Positions 11,865 to 23,731 of a stretch of DNA of 64,000 nt are shown in pieces. The notes beneath the pieces are model-generated. The model searched no databases. It saw only the letters and a program-made list of their open reading frames with translations, and was not told where the DNA came from. The translations under genes were made by a program, and so were the position numbers. This stretch comes from Octopus vulgaris (taxonomy: Eukaryota): NCBI GenBank assembly GCA_951406725.2, contig OX597833.1, positions 70,184,001-70,248,000 of the forward strand, given 5' to 3'. Within the stretch, counting starts at the first letter, position 1; every line of letters starts with the position of its first letter.

Positions 11865-13906
11865 TTACCTTATATGAATCTGAGAATTCTTCATCAGCAG
11901 GCAAACTTTCCAACTGTTCAATTAAAAGTAGAAAAAGATTATCAAAATTGATTACATTATTTAACTCATTATAATAAATTATATTAATGGCGGTTGGACT
12001 GGTAAGATCAGTGAAGTGACCGTCAATTTAATCTTGAGATTTTTTTTATATTCCGAGTTCAAGTCCTACAAGGATTCCTGCGGAAGAGATCGATAATATA
12101 AAGCAGCAGTCAATACTGATGCCGCTGTGATTCCTTGAATCATCGGCAGACCCTCGATAAAAAATGTTCGATCTCATGTCGATGGTTGGAAATTTTGTGA
12201 TTGATTACAACTGGACATGGCTACAATTATCAGGGAGATGCAGAGGTTGGTGTATAGTCAACTGAATTCTCAAACACCAGTATATCACTGGTACCTGTAT
12301 ATTGACTCCAGTGAAGGTGTTGAGTGATATTAAAATGAAAGCAGAACTAGATCGAATCTGAGCAAGGAATGCTGAGTGAACATTTTTTTTATGAATTAGA
12401 ATTTAATAGTTATCTCCCTTGCATGTTTTGACTTCAATTCTCACAAACGTTGATGGTTTTTGTTTTTGTTTTTTTTACCTGTAAAATGTCTTGAGGTGCC
12501 TTTCCACCAGACTAAAAGATATAATATGGAACTAGGTCGTATCGACCCTTATCTTTTATTTCAATAATACCGGTGGAATAGGGAGGGGGAGTTTGCAACT
12601 ATTCATTGTTAGAAAACTTTATCCAGGAATGCATTCAAGAGAAGACCTTTCCAAGAGCTGTTATATAGTCACTCCTAACTTATGGAGGTCCGAGATCCAT
12701 CCATATATTCTGAATATACATTTTTGTAAAACAATTTTTATTGGCAGGATTGGATAAAATATTTTAAAAAAGATTTCAGGGATTAAAAAATTACAAAACC
12801 AAACACGAGTGTAAAATAATTAATTTTACGTTGAAAGGAAGTAAAGGTGTTGAGCCAACTTTTCGCGCTGTATTTCTTTCTGCGAGTCTTTTCTGTATTT
12901 ATTTTGCTGCTACAGTTTTTTTTCTGATTATACGAGATGAAAGCGATGTCTTCTGTGCAGACTTCGCACTTCTTTGCTCTTTGAATTACGAAAACAATTA
13001 CAGAAGAATATAAATTACTAGCAGTATCGCCCGGCGTTGCTCGGGTTTGTTTCGACCCTGTAGAATTGGAATTTTTGAAAAATAAAAATTGTGCATTATG
13101 TAGCTTGTTATTCTCTTTAAGCGAACATTTTTCTGGTTGAAATACACCAAAAAATGGCGACACAGCAGTCAAAAAATCGTAAAAAATAGGGATTTTGATA
13201 GAAAACATTTTTGGTGTTAACATGGTCTGATTTGAATTTTTTCTTCTACGGGAGGAAGAGCAAGCCTTTTTCTATCATACTCTCAATTTTGGTCAACTTG
13301 CACCGCAGGGTCTTGGCGGAGATAGTGTTAGTTGAAGGCTACCAAACCTGCCATACACAGACAACTTCAGCTTTATATAGAGAGAGAGCTATGTGAACAT
13401 ATCATTAAAACTATACTCACCATAGTAGGACGTCCTCTCTGATATTTCAACTTGTACATCTCACGTGTGTACTTGATTTCGTTTTCTCGTTGCTCCTTAT
13501 CCGGATCATTCTGTGGTAAGAATGTATTCCAAGGATAAAGGAAATAATGGACGGATGGCCTTATCCAACGGAAAACAGGAAACGTTACGCTCTTTCTAGT
13601 AAATCCACGTACCAATTCCACTGTTTGTATGAACCAAGTTGTAGATGTTAATTCGATTGTAGCCTTTTCGGTCCAAAGTTCAATTTTTTTCACTTCTGTG
13701 AACGATTCCGGGAGTTCAATATCAAAAGTGTCGAGGGCTCCGATTTTAAAATCATTTTTCCAGAAGTTGTCCACAAGGATCTTCTCACTTTCGTTATCCG
13801 AAGTATCGTATAATATAGCATAAACGTTAGCATCGGTTGCTGCTCCTTTCTGGTCACCGGTTCGAATCCGGAGTGTGATGCTATTTTTAGATTGCGTAAG
13901 ACCCAT
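185..13906 (-). CDS. Lipoxygenase paralogue A (PLAT + LOX domain), multi-exon gene span, 3' part beyond the left edge
   Basis: 10 exons splice in frame with GT-AG: 13421-13906, 11869-11913, 11102-11230, 10434-10531, 8811-8943, 6863-6958, 4645-4741, 3490-3607, 2880-2972, 185-245 (1356 nt, 452 aa, no stops). LOX motifs [24 protein letters not shown] and HQISAHLGLTHLL. Confidence 0.95.
494..725 (+). mobile_element. tRNA-derived SINE family S2 (ggcggcgagctggcagaaacgttagc...gggtaataaagaaata)
   Basis: Near-identical ~230-bp copies throughout the window, with A/B-box-like head (gagttcaaattcc). Other copies near 7882, 8113(-), 8470, 10553(-), 43030, 50535(-), 56350. Confidence 0.85.
921..1206 (+). 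mobile_element. 5'-truncated CR1-like LINE 3' end with triplicated 37-bp junction unit
   Basis: FKKSLDKFLQTVPDKPPTPRYVSANHNSLLEW resembles CR1-clade ORF2 C-termini; ends in a ctaagttatt repeat tail. Confidence 0.6.
2390..2750 (+). mobile_element. CR1-clade LINE 3' fragment
   Basis: NSLGFRGPQLFNILPKDLR...FKIKLDLF...VPDEP...AAASNSL, typical of CR1-like ORF2 ends, followed by a 3' UTR stem-loop. Confidence 0.8.
2880..2972 (-). CDS. LOX-A coding exon 9 (Coffa-Brash site Ala)
   Basis: tag|NAFKSLVNPGSLTEKIMPIRTEHMFQLIDK(S)|gtaag, 93 nt; phase 2-2 as in LOX-B. Confidence 0.9.
3490..3607 (-). CDS. LOX-A coding exon 8 (second iron-ligand His)
   Basis: cag|(G)[38 protein letters not shown](F)|gtgag, 118 nt. 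Confidence 0.95.
4645..4741 (-). CDS. LOX-A coding exon 7 (first iron-ligand His)
   Basis: aag|[32 protein letters not shown](G)|gtatt, 97 nt. Confidence 0.95.
5011..5420 (+). mobile_element. tRNA-derived SINE family S1 (ggcgcaggagtggctgtgtggtaag...tgactgaaacaagtaaaagag) with internal TA/TG microsatellite
   Basis: Recurrent ~400-bp element; copies near 21032, 37253, 50853, 56920 (+) and 9290, 14120, 22660, 42166, 58475 (-). Confidence 0.85.
5568..5872 (-). mobile_element. tRNA-derived SINE family S3 (ggaggcgcaatggcccagtggttagggcagcggactcgcgg...), tail (cacgtgat)n
   Basis: tRNA-like head with A box tggcccagtgg and B box ggtttcgattcc; copies near 4838, 6208(-), 27723(-), 30548, 31764, 38612. 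Confidence 0.85.
6662..6786. repeat. Left arm of a 125-bp intronic inverted repeat (partner 9951-10075)
   Basis: Reverse complement of 9951-10075 with 3 mismatches in 125 bp. Confidence 0.92.
6863..6958 (-). CDS. LOX-A coding exon 6
   Basis: cag|[32 protein letters not shown]|gtaag, 96 nt. Confidence 0.95.
7040..7243 (+). mobile_element. Short TA-flanked element, family H-A, with minimal hammerhead-like motif (7114-7149)
   Basis: cttt-CTGTAGA-a-gagc(gtag)gctc-GAAA-cg-TA-aaag; near-identical copies at 34511-34705 and 60284-60488. Confidence 0.7.
8811..8943 (-). CDS. LOX-A coding exon 5
   Basis: tag|LAVDEEMMKPVLDGETLEGLIEKKRLFYADLEILEGIGHKQGFD|gtaag, 133 nt. Confidence 0.93.
9951..10075. repeat. 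Right arm of the 125-bp intronic inverted repeat
   Basis: See 6662-6786. Confidence 0.92.
10434..10531 (-). CDS. LOX-A coding exon 4
   Basis: cag|[32 protein letters not shown](K)|gtaag, 98 nt. Confidence 0.93.
11102..11230 (-). CDS. LOX-A coding exon 3
   Basis: cag|KLLFTTKLEVKLKNWISSITTDSWETLDDLTNIYYKEGITKPK|gtaag, 129 nt; aligns to LOX-B exon 3. Confidence 0.88.
11869..11913 (-). CDS. LOX-A coding exon 2
   Basis: cag|LESLPADEEFSDSYK|gtaag, 45 nt; LPxDExF LOX motif; same size as LOX-B exon 2. Confidence 0.88.
13018..13387 (-). mobile_element. Non-autonomous Helitron-like element in LOX-A intron 1
   Basis: Minus strand starts TCTCTCTATATAAAG and ends in the hairpin cccgagcaacgccggg followed by CTAG|T. 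Confidence 0.65.
13421..13906 (-). CDS. LOX-A coding exon 1 (PLAT/LH2 domain)
   Basis: MGLTQSK...RTGDQKGAATDANV...FPVFRWI...FLPQND; acceptor AG 2 nt upstream of the ATG; donor GTGAG at 13420; 486 nt, as in LOX-B. Confidence 0.95.
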
Positions 13907-13970
13907 TTCTGTTTATAAGAAAATAGAGAATGAAGAACTCAAATATGTTATTATAGTTGGGCCAAAAGCA

Positions 13971-14044
13971 GTTCGAATCCGGAGTGCGGTGCCACCGTTT
14001 GATTGCGCCGTACCCATTTCCGTCAATAAAAACTAGAGAATGAA
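13971..14044 (-). pseudogene. Degenerate tandem duplicate of the LOX-A exon-1 acceptor and first ~16 codons
   Basis: Aligns to 13860-13934; reads MGTAQSNGGTALRIRT vs MGLTQSKNSITLRIRT; acceptor changed from ACAG to ACGG. Confidence 0.75.
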
Positions 14045-14072
14045 AAAATAACGGCTGTAGTTTTCTATGTGC

Positions 14073-14114
<42 letters not shown>

Positions 14115-14604
14115 CTTTTACCTTTTAACATTTACTTGTTTCAATCATTAAACTGCGGCCATGCTGAGGCAGGCCACCGCCTCGAAGGGTTTCACTGGAA
14201 CAAATCGACTGCACTACCTACGGTTTTGTTAAATCTGGTACCCTTCCTATCGGTCTCTTTTGTCGAACGGGTAAGTTACGGAGATCTAAACTAATCTTCA
14301 GTGATTGTTGAGGCTTTGAAAGTCTCCTTCTATAAAATTTATTCACAAACCATCGGTCGGCCTGAAGCTACGATAGAAGTCACTCGCTCGAGTTGCCGCG
14401 CGGTGGGACTGAACTGGAAACCACGTGGATGCAAAGGTAGCTTCTTACCCACGTAGCTACGCCGCGCTCATAATAATTTAAGGATTATAATGCGTGATCC
14501 TACAACATAGTATTGCTTTGATTGATGTGAGGAGCTGGTTGATGATTTCAAAATGTCAAAATATTCGCTGTAAATTGACGAGGTGATTGATATATATATA
14601 TATG

Positions 14605-14643
<39 letters not shown>

Positions 14644-14676
14644 TAGAATTCTTATGTTATTATGTGTTAGATATAT

Positions 14677-15271
14677 ATTTCTTTACTACCCACACGGGGC
14701 TAAACATAGAGGGGACAAACAAGGACAGACAAACAGATTAAGTCGATTACATCGACCCCAGTGCGTAACTGGTACTTAATTTATCGACCCCGAAAGGATG
14801 AAAGGCAAAGTCGACCTCGGCGGAATTTGAACTCAGAACACAAAGACAGACGAAATACCTATTTCTTTATTACCCACAAGGGGCTAAACATATAGAGGAC
14901 AAACAAGGACAGACATATGGATTAAGTCGATTACATCGACCCCAGTGCGTAACTGGTACTTAATTTATCGACCCCGAAAGGATGAAAGGCAAAGTCGACC
15001 TCGCCGGAATTTGAACTCAGAACACAAAGACAGACGAAATACCTATTTCTTTATTACCCACAAGGGGCTAAACATAGAGAGGACAAACAAGGACAGACAA
15101 ATGGATTAAGTCGATTACATCGACCCCAGTGCGTAACTGGTACTTAATTTATCGACCCCGAATGGATGAAAGGCAAAGTCGACCTCGGCGGAATTTGAAC
15201 TCAGAACGTAACGGCTGACGAAATACGGCTACGCATTTCGCCCGACGTGCTAACGTTTCTGCCAGCTCGCC
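14677..15271 (-). mobile_element. S2 SINE multimer: one head plus three tandem 184-bp bodies
   Basis: tttcttta recurs at 14678, 14862 and 15046; head present only once, at ~15230-15271. Confidence 0.85.
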
Positions 15272-15886
15272 ACTTTCATTATGTGTTAGGTATATTGTTA
15301 AAACCTGACATGGCAGAGGATCTAAAGAGAAATCTTGTCGATACAGTCTGTGGTATCATTTCACTTTGTACAAGTCTAATTATGATCGTTCACGTACCCG
15401 GAGTCCAGCTCGAGGTGTTTGTATGGAAACAGCTCCAGTAACTGCAGCGGAACACCGATCACTTTCATGTCCATACATGTTCTCATATTCTCTGACTGGG
15501 AATCCATTTTAAGCACTTGCTCAAGGACCGAGCTGCTTTTGGCAAGATTCTCTGACAAAATTATGGTTTGCGTTTCATAAATGGAAAAATAATCAAGATT
15601 AAATACTAGCAAAAGAGTTACAGGTATATACCTGCAAGTAGAAAGAGATTATGCACGGTATCGTGTTGCCAACCATATAGTCTTGGGTTCAACCCCACTA
15701 ATTAGCAACAGCTTAAACAAGTCTCTCCTACGATATATATATATGCAAAAAGCTAATTCTAAAATCTCTCTAAGAGATTAACGCAGTAGTTGTAACTTTA
15801 TCATTAATCAGCGCACGATGTTCTCTTGAGGTTAAAAAATCGCAACAAAGTCCGTTCGAACGGACAGCCATATTGAAAGGGCTACG

Positions 15887-15927
<41 letters not shown>

Positions 15928-16188
15928 CGAGAAAGTTGGTGTGTGAAAGCACGTGGTTGAATATATAGAAAATAGTAAAAAGTGAAAAAACTACAGAAGG
16001 CTTTTTTTAAAAGGTTAAAAAATATATATTTGAGTCAATATGTCTGAAGAATGTTATAAATTTTTTTCATACAATGACATAGTTTTTGAAGAAATGACCG
16101 GTTTCGCGTTCAGCTTTTCAAATTTCTTAAATCGGTCATTTCTTCAAAAACTATTGGCTAAACTGGCAAAATGACCATTCCGAAATAT

Positions 16189-16264
<76 letters not shown>

Positions 16265-16704
16265 ATGTTTATGAGTGTATATTAAATATACACACGCACA
16301 TATAGGTATATATCTGTGTGTGTGTGTGTGGAAAAGAAACTTGTTTTGTGACACGTAATTCTCTTAACTTTTATTATTGAATAAAACGCACTCGCGCCTA
16401 CGCACACCCTGGCCATTCCTTCACTCTTTCTCTGAATCTCTAGTTTTCAATTTCCTATTTCAACAATTTTTTTGTTGTTGTTGAAAGACAACTTTCGAAT
16501 GACAAAAGAGATTGCTCTCATTGTTTGTCTCAAAACTGTGAAGAAAGAATTTAATCGTTTGACACGGACCAGTGCAGCAAATACGCAGAACACCTACAAT
16601 ATAATCATACGTGAGAATCAAATACGTATGTATGTATGTAGGTAGGTAGGTAGGTAGGCAGGTAGGTAGGTATGTATGTGAATGCATGTTTGTGTGTGTG
16701 TGTG

Positions 16705-16762
<58 letters not shown>

Positions 16763-17597
16763 CATGTATGTATGTATGTATGTATATATTGTGTGGACGC
16801 CCCAGACGATGAAGTAGGCTAGGCCAATACGTAGATATACGTAGATATAGAGGGAGAAGTCTAGACGTCGAGGGAGGAGAGTCGAGTAGCGGTGAAAGTC
16901 GGAGTAGAATGGAGTGGAGTAGAGGGCTTCCGAACGTGCGACATAACAGTGGTGACGAGGATTCGTAGCTCACACAGCCACCGTGTAGTATTGCGACAAA
17001 ACAACATATATATATATATATATCAATGTATGTAGAAGTACAGAAATACACTCAGACACACTCAGACATACATATATTTCTAATGGTACACAAAATATTT
17101 TAGTAATTTCTTTTTATAGAATTCCTAATAAAATTTAATTACAAAACTATGCAGGATTTCTTTAAACAGGGAATGGTTATGAGGGTCCACCTGAGTAAAT
17201 AGGAACCGAAGGGGTTCGATATCTAAAAAAAAAAGGGTTGGGGACCGATGATCTACATCCACTGGTTTAGCCCTGACCAGAGGGTCAACAAAGTGTGCTG
17301 TGTGGAGGCTTTGAGGGAAGGGATTTCAGGAAGGGATTTCGACACAAAAGACCAGAACACCTCAACAAGTCCACAATAACACCCTGGGAACCAAATGCTC
17401 GACGGAGACGGGGAATCAAAACTATCTCTCATATTCCCTACAGTGTAGGCCTTTTGGTTGGGTATGTGTGTTTGTATGTATGTGTGTATGTGTGTGTTCA
17501 TGAGTGTGTATGAGTGTATATGTGTGTATATAAGTGTGTGCGTGTGTGTATGTGTCTGTGTGTCGTGATTAAACTTTACTTTAACCACGATATATTG

Positions 17598-17638
<41 letters not shown>

Positions 17639-17799
17639 CGCACACACACTCACCCATACACACAAACGCACATAAAGACACACGCAAACATATACACACA
17701 AGGGTGGTGCCCCCCTCCTTAACCTGCTTCCTCCATCTGCGACGATGACAGGCATTGCTCTCCCAGTCGGTCTCCTACACATCACAGGCCTTTAATGAG

Positions 17800-18780
17800 A
17801 ACTTACACAGTCCTTAAATCGCAGCCTTGATTTCTGCCGGGGAATGGTTGTTGTTTGAGCGATCCAAAAACGTGATAATCAGAAGGACCGTGAACTCGAC
17901 TGTATGCAGGGCGATCCAGCAACTCGAAACCTAATTTTTTCAATGGTTTCAATGGTGTGAGAAAACGTGTGTGCAGCCGTGTGTGCAGCCGTGTGTGCAG
18001 CCGTGTGTGCAGCCGTGTGTGGGCGGCCGTTTGTGGATGTGCTTTTCGTGCAGCAATAACACCCGCCCCGGCAATAGACCTCAACATGTGGTGCAACTTA
18101 CTGGTTCCAGATTTTTGGCCAGCATTTCAGTGTAGCCAACACTGGTGACTGTGAACTCCCTTTGCAAACAATATCCCAGTATAGACCCTTCTGCGTCCCA
18201 AAAATAAAACGGTTAGCATCACATTTTTTGCGGCAATTCTGGTTGTTTCCACTGCAGACTTCGCCTTTTGGATGGGGCCAGGTCTTATCTCCTCTGATTA
18301 TTCTCTCCATAAAATGTTTGCTTTCATCGTTGCTGCTGTCCAATAAGCATTTTCTATTTGGTAATCCCTCTCGGTGCTCATCTTGCCTACGCTTTACAGA
18401 AGCGAAGCTTGTCATGGATGATTTCGGATGCAGAACCATGACCAACTGCGGAGAACACGCCATTTCATCGATGGTCACTAGTCGGTCCGCCAGAACCATC
18501 CCTTAAGCTTCTTGAATCTTCACGTCAGTAGTAGAGGCTTATGGGTGTCCTGGTCCCTCTTCGTGCTTCAAGCTTTTTCGGCCCATTTTCAAGCTTTTCG
18601 ATTCACTCATACACACTTCTGCGCAGTAGAGCGCTGTCCCCCGTATTGTAATGAAAGCCTGCAGTTAATCGCAGCTCAAACACACCTTCAGACCAGAGAC
18701 ATCGGATCGCTGACCTCTGCTTTTCTTCGGTGAACAATGCCAGCAGAACAGCCATGTTTAGTCTGCGTCATAACGAAGAT
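17800..18780 (-). pseudogene. Degenerate mariner (DD34D) transposase relic
   Basis: IIRGDKTW (cf. IvTGDEtW), NGRPHTA (cf. HDNARPH), RPAYSRVHGPSDYHVFGSLK (cf. HPPYSPDLAPSDYHLF); frameshifted. Confidence 0.8.
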
Positions 18781-20036
18781 AGACTAAACAAGGTCAAACC
18801 TGGGTTACGTAAAACCACAAGCGTACCAACTTTTATCACGCGAGCGCTGAAGGTAGTGCAGCTAATCTAAAGAATGTTTGGCAAAAAATGCGGATAATTT
18901 TGACTGACCTTTGTGTGTGGGGGGTGTATGCATGCGAGCGTGTGTGTGTGTGTGTGTGTGTTTGTATACACACTGCCATTTATGTATGATTTGTCTCGGC
19001 TGACGAAATTCAACGAAGAAGAAATACGCATTTAGCTAGCTGTTAGACGGGTTTCGTCTACTGTTCATATATATTAAAGTAGCAAGCTGGCAGAATCGTT
19101 AGCGCACCAGGAACAATGCTTGGCTGCATTTTGTGTGTCTTTACGTTCTGAGTTCAAATCCTGCCAAGGTTTACTTTGCTCTTTCATCCTTTCGAGGTCG
19201 ATGAAATAAGTACTAGTTTAGCGCTAAGATCAATGTAATCGACTAGCTCCAGTCCTCTAACTTGCTAGCTCGTTCCAAAATCTTGCTCAAGGACACGACA
19301 TTTGAGTCATGTTTCGAACTCACGACCTTCCGATCGTGAGCCGAATACTGTAACCACTATATCACGCGCCTTCGACATGTTCGTTTAAGATATATGGATA
19401 CATCATAAAAAGAAGGCAGCGTGCTGGCAGAAACGTTAGCACGCCTAGATGTGGCCTAGATGTCAAGGGGGCGGCAGCCCGAAAGAGTTTGGGGAGCCTG
19501 TTGTGGTAGAGGTAAGAGTAGATTTAATAACTTATCATGACATAATAGAACCATAATGCTCCACTAATTCCTTGTTTGAGACTTGTAGAAGTTTGGGATG
19601 ACCAAGGAAGGACTTAGTCCTCAACGGGGTAAACCATCATTATCACTGACAGATTTAACAACCGTACCAAAGTTAGAATGGTGGGATTTGAAGACAAATG
19701 CCCAGCTTTAGTTCCTTAGTTGCTGCTTCCAGACACTGAGTTGCTGTAAGGAGCCAAAGCTTCTGTTGTCCGTTCACATATGAAAGGATACTATCAAGAA
19801 ATTCACACCTTTACAGAGGAGTGTGAAGGTGTGTGACTAAGAGTTTAGGGTGTTCAGTTCACAATCGAAAGGCCGTGAGCTCGATACACTGCGGCGCGTT
19901 TTGTTCTTGTGCAGGACATTTTATTTCACGTTTTTCCAGTCCATTCACCTACCAAAAATGGTTGGTACCAATATTTTAAATGGCCAGCTTTATCACATTG
20001 TGTGTCACGCTGATGCAGTATTCCCGAGAACAACAC

Positions 20037-20134
<98 letters not shown>

Positions 20135-20379
20135 CATTTCGACATCTGACATGTGGCACATGTTGCACCTGTACAGGTAATGTCAATTTGATAGAAGGAG
20201 TAAGCTTATGTCTACACAGATATTTGATCACTATAAACAAATCATCTGTGTGGTAGTTTGGTAAGGAATTGTCGCCCCTCATACGTCGTCTAATGACAGG
20301 AGAGTCCATTATATATATACATATGCAGAGACAAACATACACACACACACGCACACACCCGCTTAGCAAAGGCAACCAT

Positions 20380-20800
20380 CACATTTGGCAGACTCCGTCA
20401 TTGCCTATGGAATGAAAGGAGTATCAGTCTTGACCCCAAAGTACAGGTGTGTAAAGCTGCCATTCCTACTTACTCTCTTGTATGGTACGGAATCGTGGAT
20501 ACCCTAAAGACGACACAGTAACCAACTAGACATCTTCCTCAAAGGCTGTCTGAGGACAATATGTGTTTATTCACTAAAAGATAGAGTTTCTAATGCCGAC
20601 TTGTTTAGCGAGTGTAAGATTGGTGGAATCGAGAGCTTCCTTGTTCAATCACAAGTGGGCTGGGAATGTTATGTCGTCAGAATAAGCGACGAAAGAATGC
20701 CCAAAGTCTTCATGTACAACCAGCTTGAGAGTGGACACAGGAATGTTGGTCGATCATGGCTCAGATATAAGGACAAGCAAATATACTGCACTGACGTGTA
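20380..20800 (+). mobile_element. RTE-clade LINE reverse-transcriptase 3' fragment
   Basis: AAIPT.LLYGTESW, CLRTI, DRVSNADL, VVRISDERMPKVFMYNQL...RNVGR..LRYKD; stops and frameshifts. Confidence 0.8.
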
Positions 20801-20942
20801 ATCCTGATACATGCAACATCTGTGGCCTTCTTTGCAAATCGTTGGTGGGACTTAAATGTTATATTCGATATAAGCATTATGACTGACAAAGAAAGAGTAC
20901 GTTGTCGGAGCCTCGTACTTCGAAACCGACGGGAGAGTCCAT

Positions 20943-21034
<92 letters not shown>

Positions 21035-21583
21035 CGCAGGAGTGGCTGTGTGGTAAGTAGCTTGCTAACCAACCACATGGTTCCGGGTTCAGTCCCACTG
21101 CGTGGCATCTTGGGCAAGTGTCTTCTGCTATAGCCCTGGGCCGACCAATGCCTTGTGAGTGGATTTGCAAGACGGAAACTGAAAGAAGCCCGTCGTATAT
21201 ATGTATATATATATATAGGAGTGGCTGTGTGTGTGTTTGTGTGTCTGTGTTTGTCCCCCTAGCATTGCTTGACAACCGATGTTGGTGTGTTTACGTCCCC
21301 GTCACTTAGCGGTTCGGCAAAACAGACCGTTAGAATAAGTACTGGGCTTACAAAGAATAAGTCCCGGGGTCGAGTTGCTCGACTAAAGGCGGTGCTCCAG
21401 CATGGCTGCAGTCAAATGACTGAAACAAGTAAAAGAGTAAAGAGTAAGAGTATATATATATATATAGCAATAAGAAAATGGAGGGGATCAATAAGTGGTT
21501 CCTCAACTTTTAGACATTATATTAGGTTAACTTATTTATTAATTTACTAAACTGATAATTACAATAATATACATACATATTAA

Positions 21584-21904
21584 AGACTCCGCCGGTTACG
21601 ACGACGAGGGTCCCAGCTGATACGATCAACGGAGCAGCTTGCTCGTGAAATTAACGTGCAAATGGCTGAGCATTCCACAGACACGTGTACCCTTAACGTA
21701 GTTCTCGGGGATAATCAGCGTGACACAGAGAGTGACAAGGCTGACCCTTTGAAATACAAGTACAACTCATTTTTGCCAGCTGAGTGGACTGGAGCAACGT
21801 GAAATAAAGTGTCTTGCTCAAGGACACAACGCGTCGCCGGGAATCGAACTCACAACCTTACGATCATGAGCCGAATGCCCTAACCACTAAGCCACGCGCC
21901 CTCA
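21584..21904 (-). mobile_element. tRNA-head SINE with CORE-like middle and a tail shared with some S3 copies
   Basis: Head gaggcgcgtggcttagtggttaggg; middle tccttgagcaagacactttatttcacgttgctcc; tail ccctcgtcgtcgtaaccggcggagt, also seen at 27745(-) and ~38990(+). Confidence 0.7.
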
Positions 21905-22012
21905 CATACATACATATAGCATATTATGGTTTACATATAAGATATAAAATATAGTAATATATAAGGATACCAGTAATTATTATAAAATAACAAACATGAA
22001 TATAAATTCGTG

Positions 22013-22068
<56 letters not shown>

Positions 22069-22083
22069 CATACATACATACAT

Positions 22084-22119
<36 letters not shown>

Positions 22120-22281
22120 TCACGATTATTGAAAAGGTTGCAAAATGTAATAAAAATTTTAGAAACAGTAAATAAATGAGTGGAAATCGAACCAGTGCGT
22201 GTGTTAAAGAATAAGGCACTAAAAGAGAATGACCCTCCCCAGACAATAGAATATTTATATATAGTTATACAGATATGCAAA

Positions 22282-22319
<38 letters not shown>

Positions 22320-23199
22320 CGTGTGTGTGTGTGTGTGTATCCTTTTGTACTTTTACTTGCTTCAATCATTTGACTGCGGCCATGCTGGAGCACCACCTTC
22401 AAGCGTTTCAATCGAACAAATTGACCCTAGGAATATTTTGTTTAAAGACTATTACTTGCTGTATCGGTCGTGTTTTTGTCCACCAACCATCACCCCTTGT
22501 CTAACGCTGGGGGTGGGTGGGAACAAACGTATACATACACACACGCACACGCGCACACAGATATATAAATATATATAATATAAATAATATATATTTGCAT
22601 ATATACATACGCATATGTACAAACATCTATAAGTATATATATATTTTTTTTTTCTTTACTTTTCTTTTACTTGTTTCAGTCATTTGACTGCGGCCATGCT
22701 GGAGCACCGCCTTTAGTCGAGCAAATCGAGCCCCGGGACTTATTATTTGTAAGCCCAGTACTTATTCTATCGGTCTCTTTTTGCCGAACCGCTAAGTGAC
22801 GGGGACGTAAACACACCAGCATCGGTTGTCAAGCAATGCTAGGGGGACAAACACAGACACACAAACACACACACATACATATATATACAGCCACTCCTGC
22901 GACTATATGTACATACATCTATAAGTATATATATATATATGTGTGTGTGTGTGGGGTGTAATCAGATATTCTTTACGTACGTTTCAATAATCAACAATAA
23001 ATCAGATCAATTACAAGTATATACATGTATGTATTTGTATGTATATATGCATGTATGTATGTAGGTAGGTACGTACATAGGTATGTGTGCATGCATGTAT
23101 GTATGTGTATATGTACATATGAATATATAAAGTATATATCTTTACATATATGTGTGTGTTGTTGTGTGTGCGCGCATCTGCGCTTATACAAGCTTATAG

Positions 23200-23368
23200 A
23201 CTGATAGACAAATAGACAGTTAGACAGACAAATAGACAGTTAGACAGACAGAGAGACAGTTAGACAGACAGAGAGACAGTTAGACAGACAGAGAGACAAA
23301 TAGACAGTTAGACAGACAGAGAGACAGTTAGACAGACAGAGAGACAGTTAGACAGACAGAGAGACAGG

Positions 23369-23456
<88 letters not shown>
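23200..23456. repeat. (GACA)/(GATA) compound microsatellite with a 20-bp higher-order unit
   Basis: gacagttagacagacagaga repeated, then (GATA)n. Confidence 0.9.
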
Positions 23457-23457
<1 letters not shown>

Positions 23458-23731
23458 TATCATCATCATTGTTCGACCGTGGTCGAGACTTTCATAGTCT
23501 TTTCAAATGGCTAATAATGTGTGCGCGCGCCACTACTACACACATTGGAAAGCATTGTACAACCAAGTACTAAAGAAGATCTTTCCTCCTCCATGTGACA
23601 AAGCTGTTCCCGCTGGACGTCAACCCAGTATTTCTAAGCTACGGACCCAGTGATTTATTGTAAGGTTATCTCCATAACAGATTGCCTTCACTACGGCTAA
23701 GGAGCCCTTTCTACCCCATATTAAAAATACC

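Noticed and set aside
15376-15612. 78-aa minus-strand ORF upstream of LOX-A as a candidate upstream or AOS exon
   Set aside because: No recognisable catalase/AOS motif and no convincing phase-compatible donor; more likely a decayed TE.
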